A DNA stretch of 63,299 nucleotides, the filler included, from Rhabdomonas costata (Eukaryota), in the NCBI GenBank assembly GCA_019059605.1. It is 50 parts of 50 records of this genome, joined end to end, with 100 filler letters (N's around TTAATTAATTAA, not from the genome) between each part and the next. Parts side by side here need not be neighbours in the genome. Positions count along the whole stretch, not along the records: positions 62,133 to 63,299 come from JAHMHO010025337.1; 49 more parts are not named here. One strand, 5' to 3'. How positions within the stretch are numbered: the first letter of the stretch is position 1; the number at the start of each line of letters is the position of its first letter. The position numbers and the translations under genes were made by a program. Of this stretch, positions 62,331-63,299 are shown one piece after another. Under the pieces are notes generated by a model. That model saw nothing but the letters and a program-made list of their open reading frames with translations, was not told where the DNA came from and searched no databases.

Positions 62331-63268
62331 GCGCCTGTGGCGTCCACTTCGTGCACCAGACCCTGGGCCCTCAGGTACTCCACCACGGGCACAGTCTGCC
62401 TCCGAAACGACTGCACCCTCCGCCGCTGCGTGGCCTCGTTGTCGTCCTCGCGGGGGGAGCCGTGGGCCCCACGAAGCCTCAGGCGCTGCAGCATCACCTC
62501 AATAACAACACACACACACACACACAAGCAAACACAGAACAGTGGCGTCCAAAACAAACGGAAATGGTGGGGGCAGGAGATGAGCATACAACGGTTGTTG
62601 AGCGCGTGCAGCAGATTCAGCGTCAAAATATCAAGCTACAAGCTGACGACAGAGTGCCTGTAGACGGCGGCGGCAAAAAGGCATCTGCATGCACATCGCA
62701 TCGGAATTTGTGACCGTGGCAAGGGCCGACGTGCCGCACACATCCCAACCAAATCGAAGTGAAGCTAGGCGAAAGGAAGATGGTTGTGCTTCCCATGAAT
62801 TCTTTATGTCCTGACAATTCGCGAGGTGCTACACCCTTAGGCTTGCACATGGAATTTTTCTGGTCAAATGCTGTCAGGAAAGGCGCGTGCTGGTTGCCAT
62901 CCACCGGTTGTCCAGGTCGCACAGGATGCCTTGTGCAATAGCTGTCCAATGCAAGCTTTGGATTTGCTTATGACCTCCCTTCTCGCTCTTTTGATTCCTA
63001 GTTGTCATGTGTTCGAGGGGAAATTCAAGCTTAACCACAAAATAAAAACTCCCGCAGAGTGGTATCCCGCCAAATCGCGAAAAAACGTGGTGTACCTCAT
63101 CTGTACAGCGCAGGTACACCACCACCCGTGGCGCGCCCAGCTGGCTCACACAGCCGTGGAGGAAGTGGTTAAGGTCCCGAGGGAAGCCCTCCAACAGCAG
63201 CCACTGGCCGGGCCGCAGCGGGGGAAGCTCCCGCAAGGTCTGCCGCAGGGCGGCAATGCACGGTCCCG
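62331..63268 (-). CDS. Adenylate kinase / UMP-CMP kinase-like protein, exons 63268-63096 and 62497-62331
   Basis: LLLEGFPRD...VVYLRCTDE|VMLQRLRLRG...REDDNEATQRRRVQSFRRQTVPVVEYL...VHEVDAT. Confidence 0.88.
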
Positions 63269-63299
63269 CTGCAAACCCCACCACCCATCACCACAAACA

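Overview
This is not contiguous genome. It is 50 unrelated contigs of about 1.17 kb joined by an artificial N44-TTAATTAATTAA-N44 spacer. Most contigs start with G/T-only bases and end with A/C-only bases, which is consistent with whole-genome-amplification primers. The DNA is eukaryotic: GC3-rich short exons, GT-AG (possibly also GC-AG) introns, microsatellites and TTAGGG repeats. A euglenozoan/euglenid-like protist is plausible but only inferred. Most ORFs in the supplied track are spurious. Spliced gene fragments I could read: LRR protein, J-domain protein, Ser/Thr kinase, YIF1, two class III nucleotide cyclases plus a TM-Cache receptor N-terminus, two thiolases, a histidine phosphatase, PIG-A, EMC3, a TBC1D15/17-like RabGAP, a SpoU methyltransferase and an adenylate/UMP-CMP kinase-like protein. 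Mobile DNA: a CRE-like non-LTR RT abutting a decayed DIRS-like RT, a decayed retropepsin, and other RT relics. The most striking unexplained signal is a non-coding repeat family (contigs at 34246-35413 and 5074-6241, and a trace at 7610-8777). It consists of nested one-strand hairpins with tandem G.A/GGA mismatches, GNA triloops and covarying Watson-Crick stems, and is a candidate ssDNA structural element.
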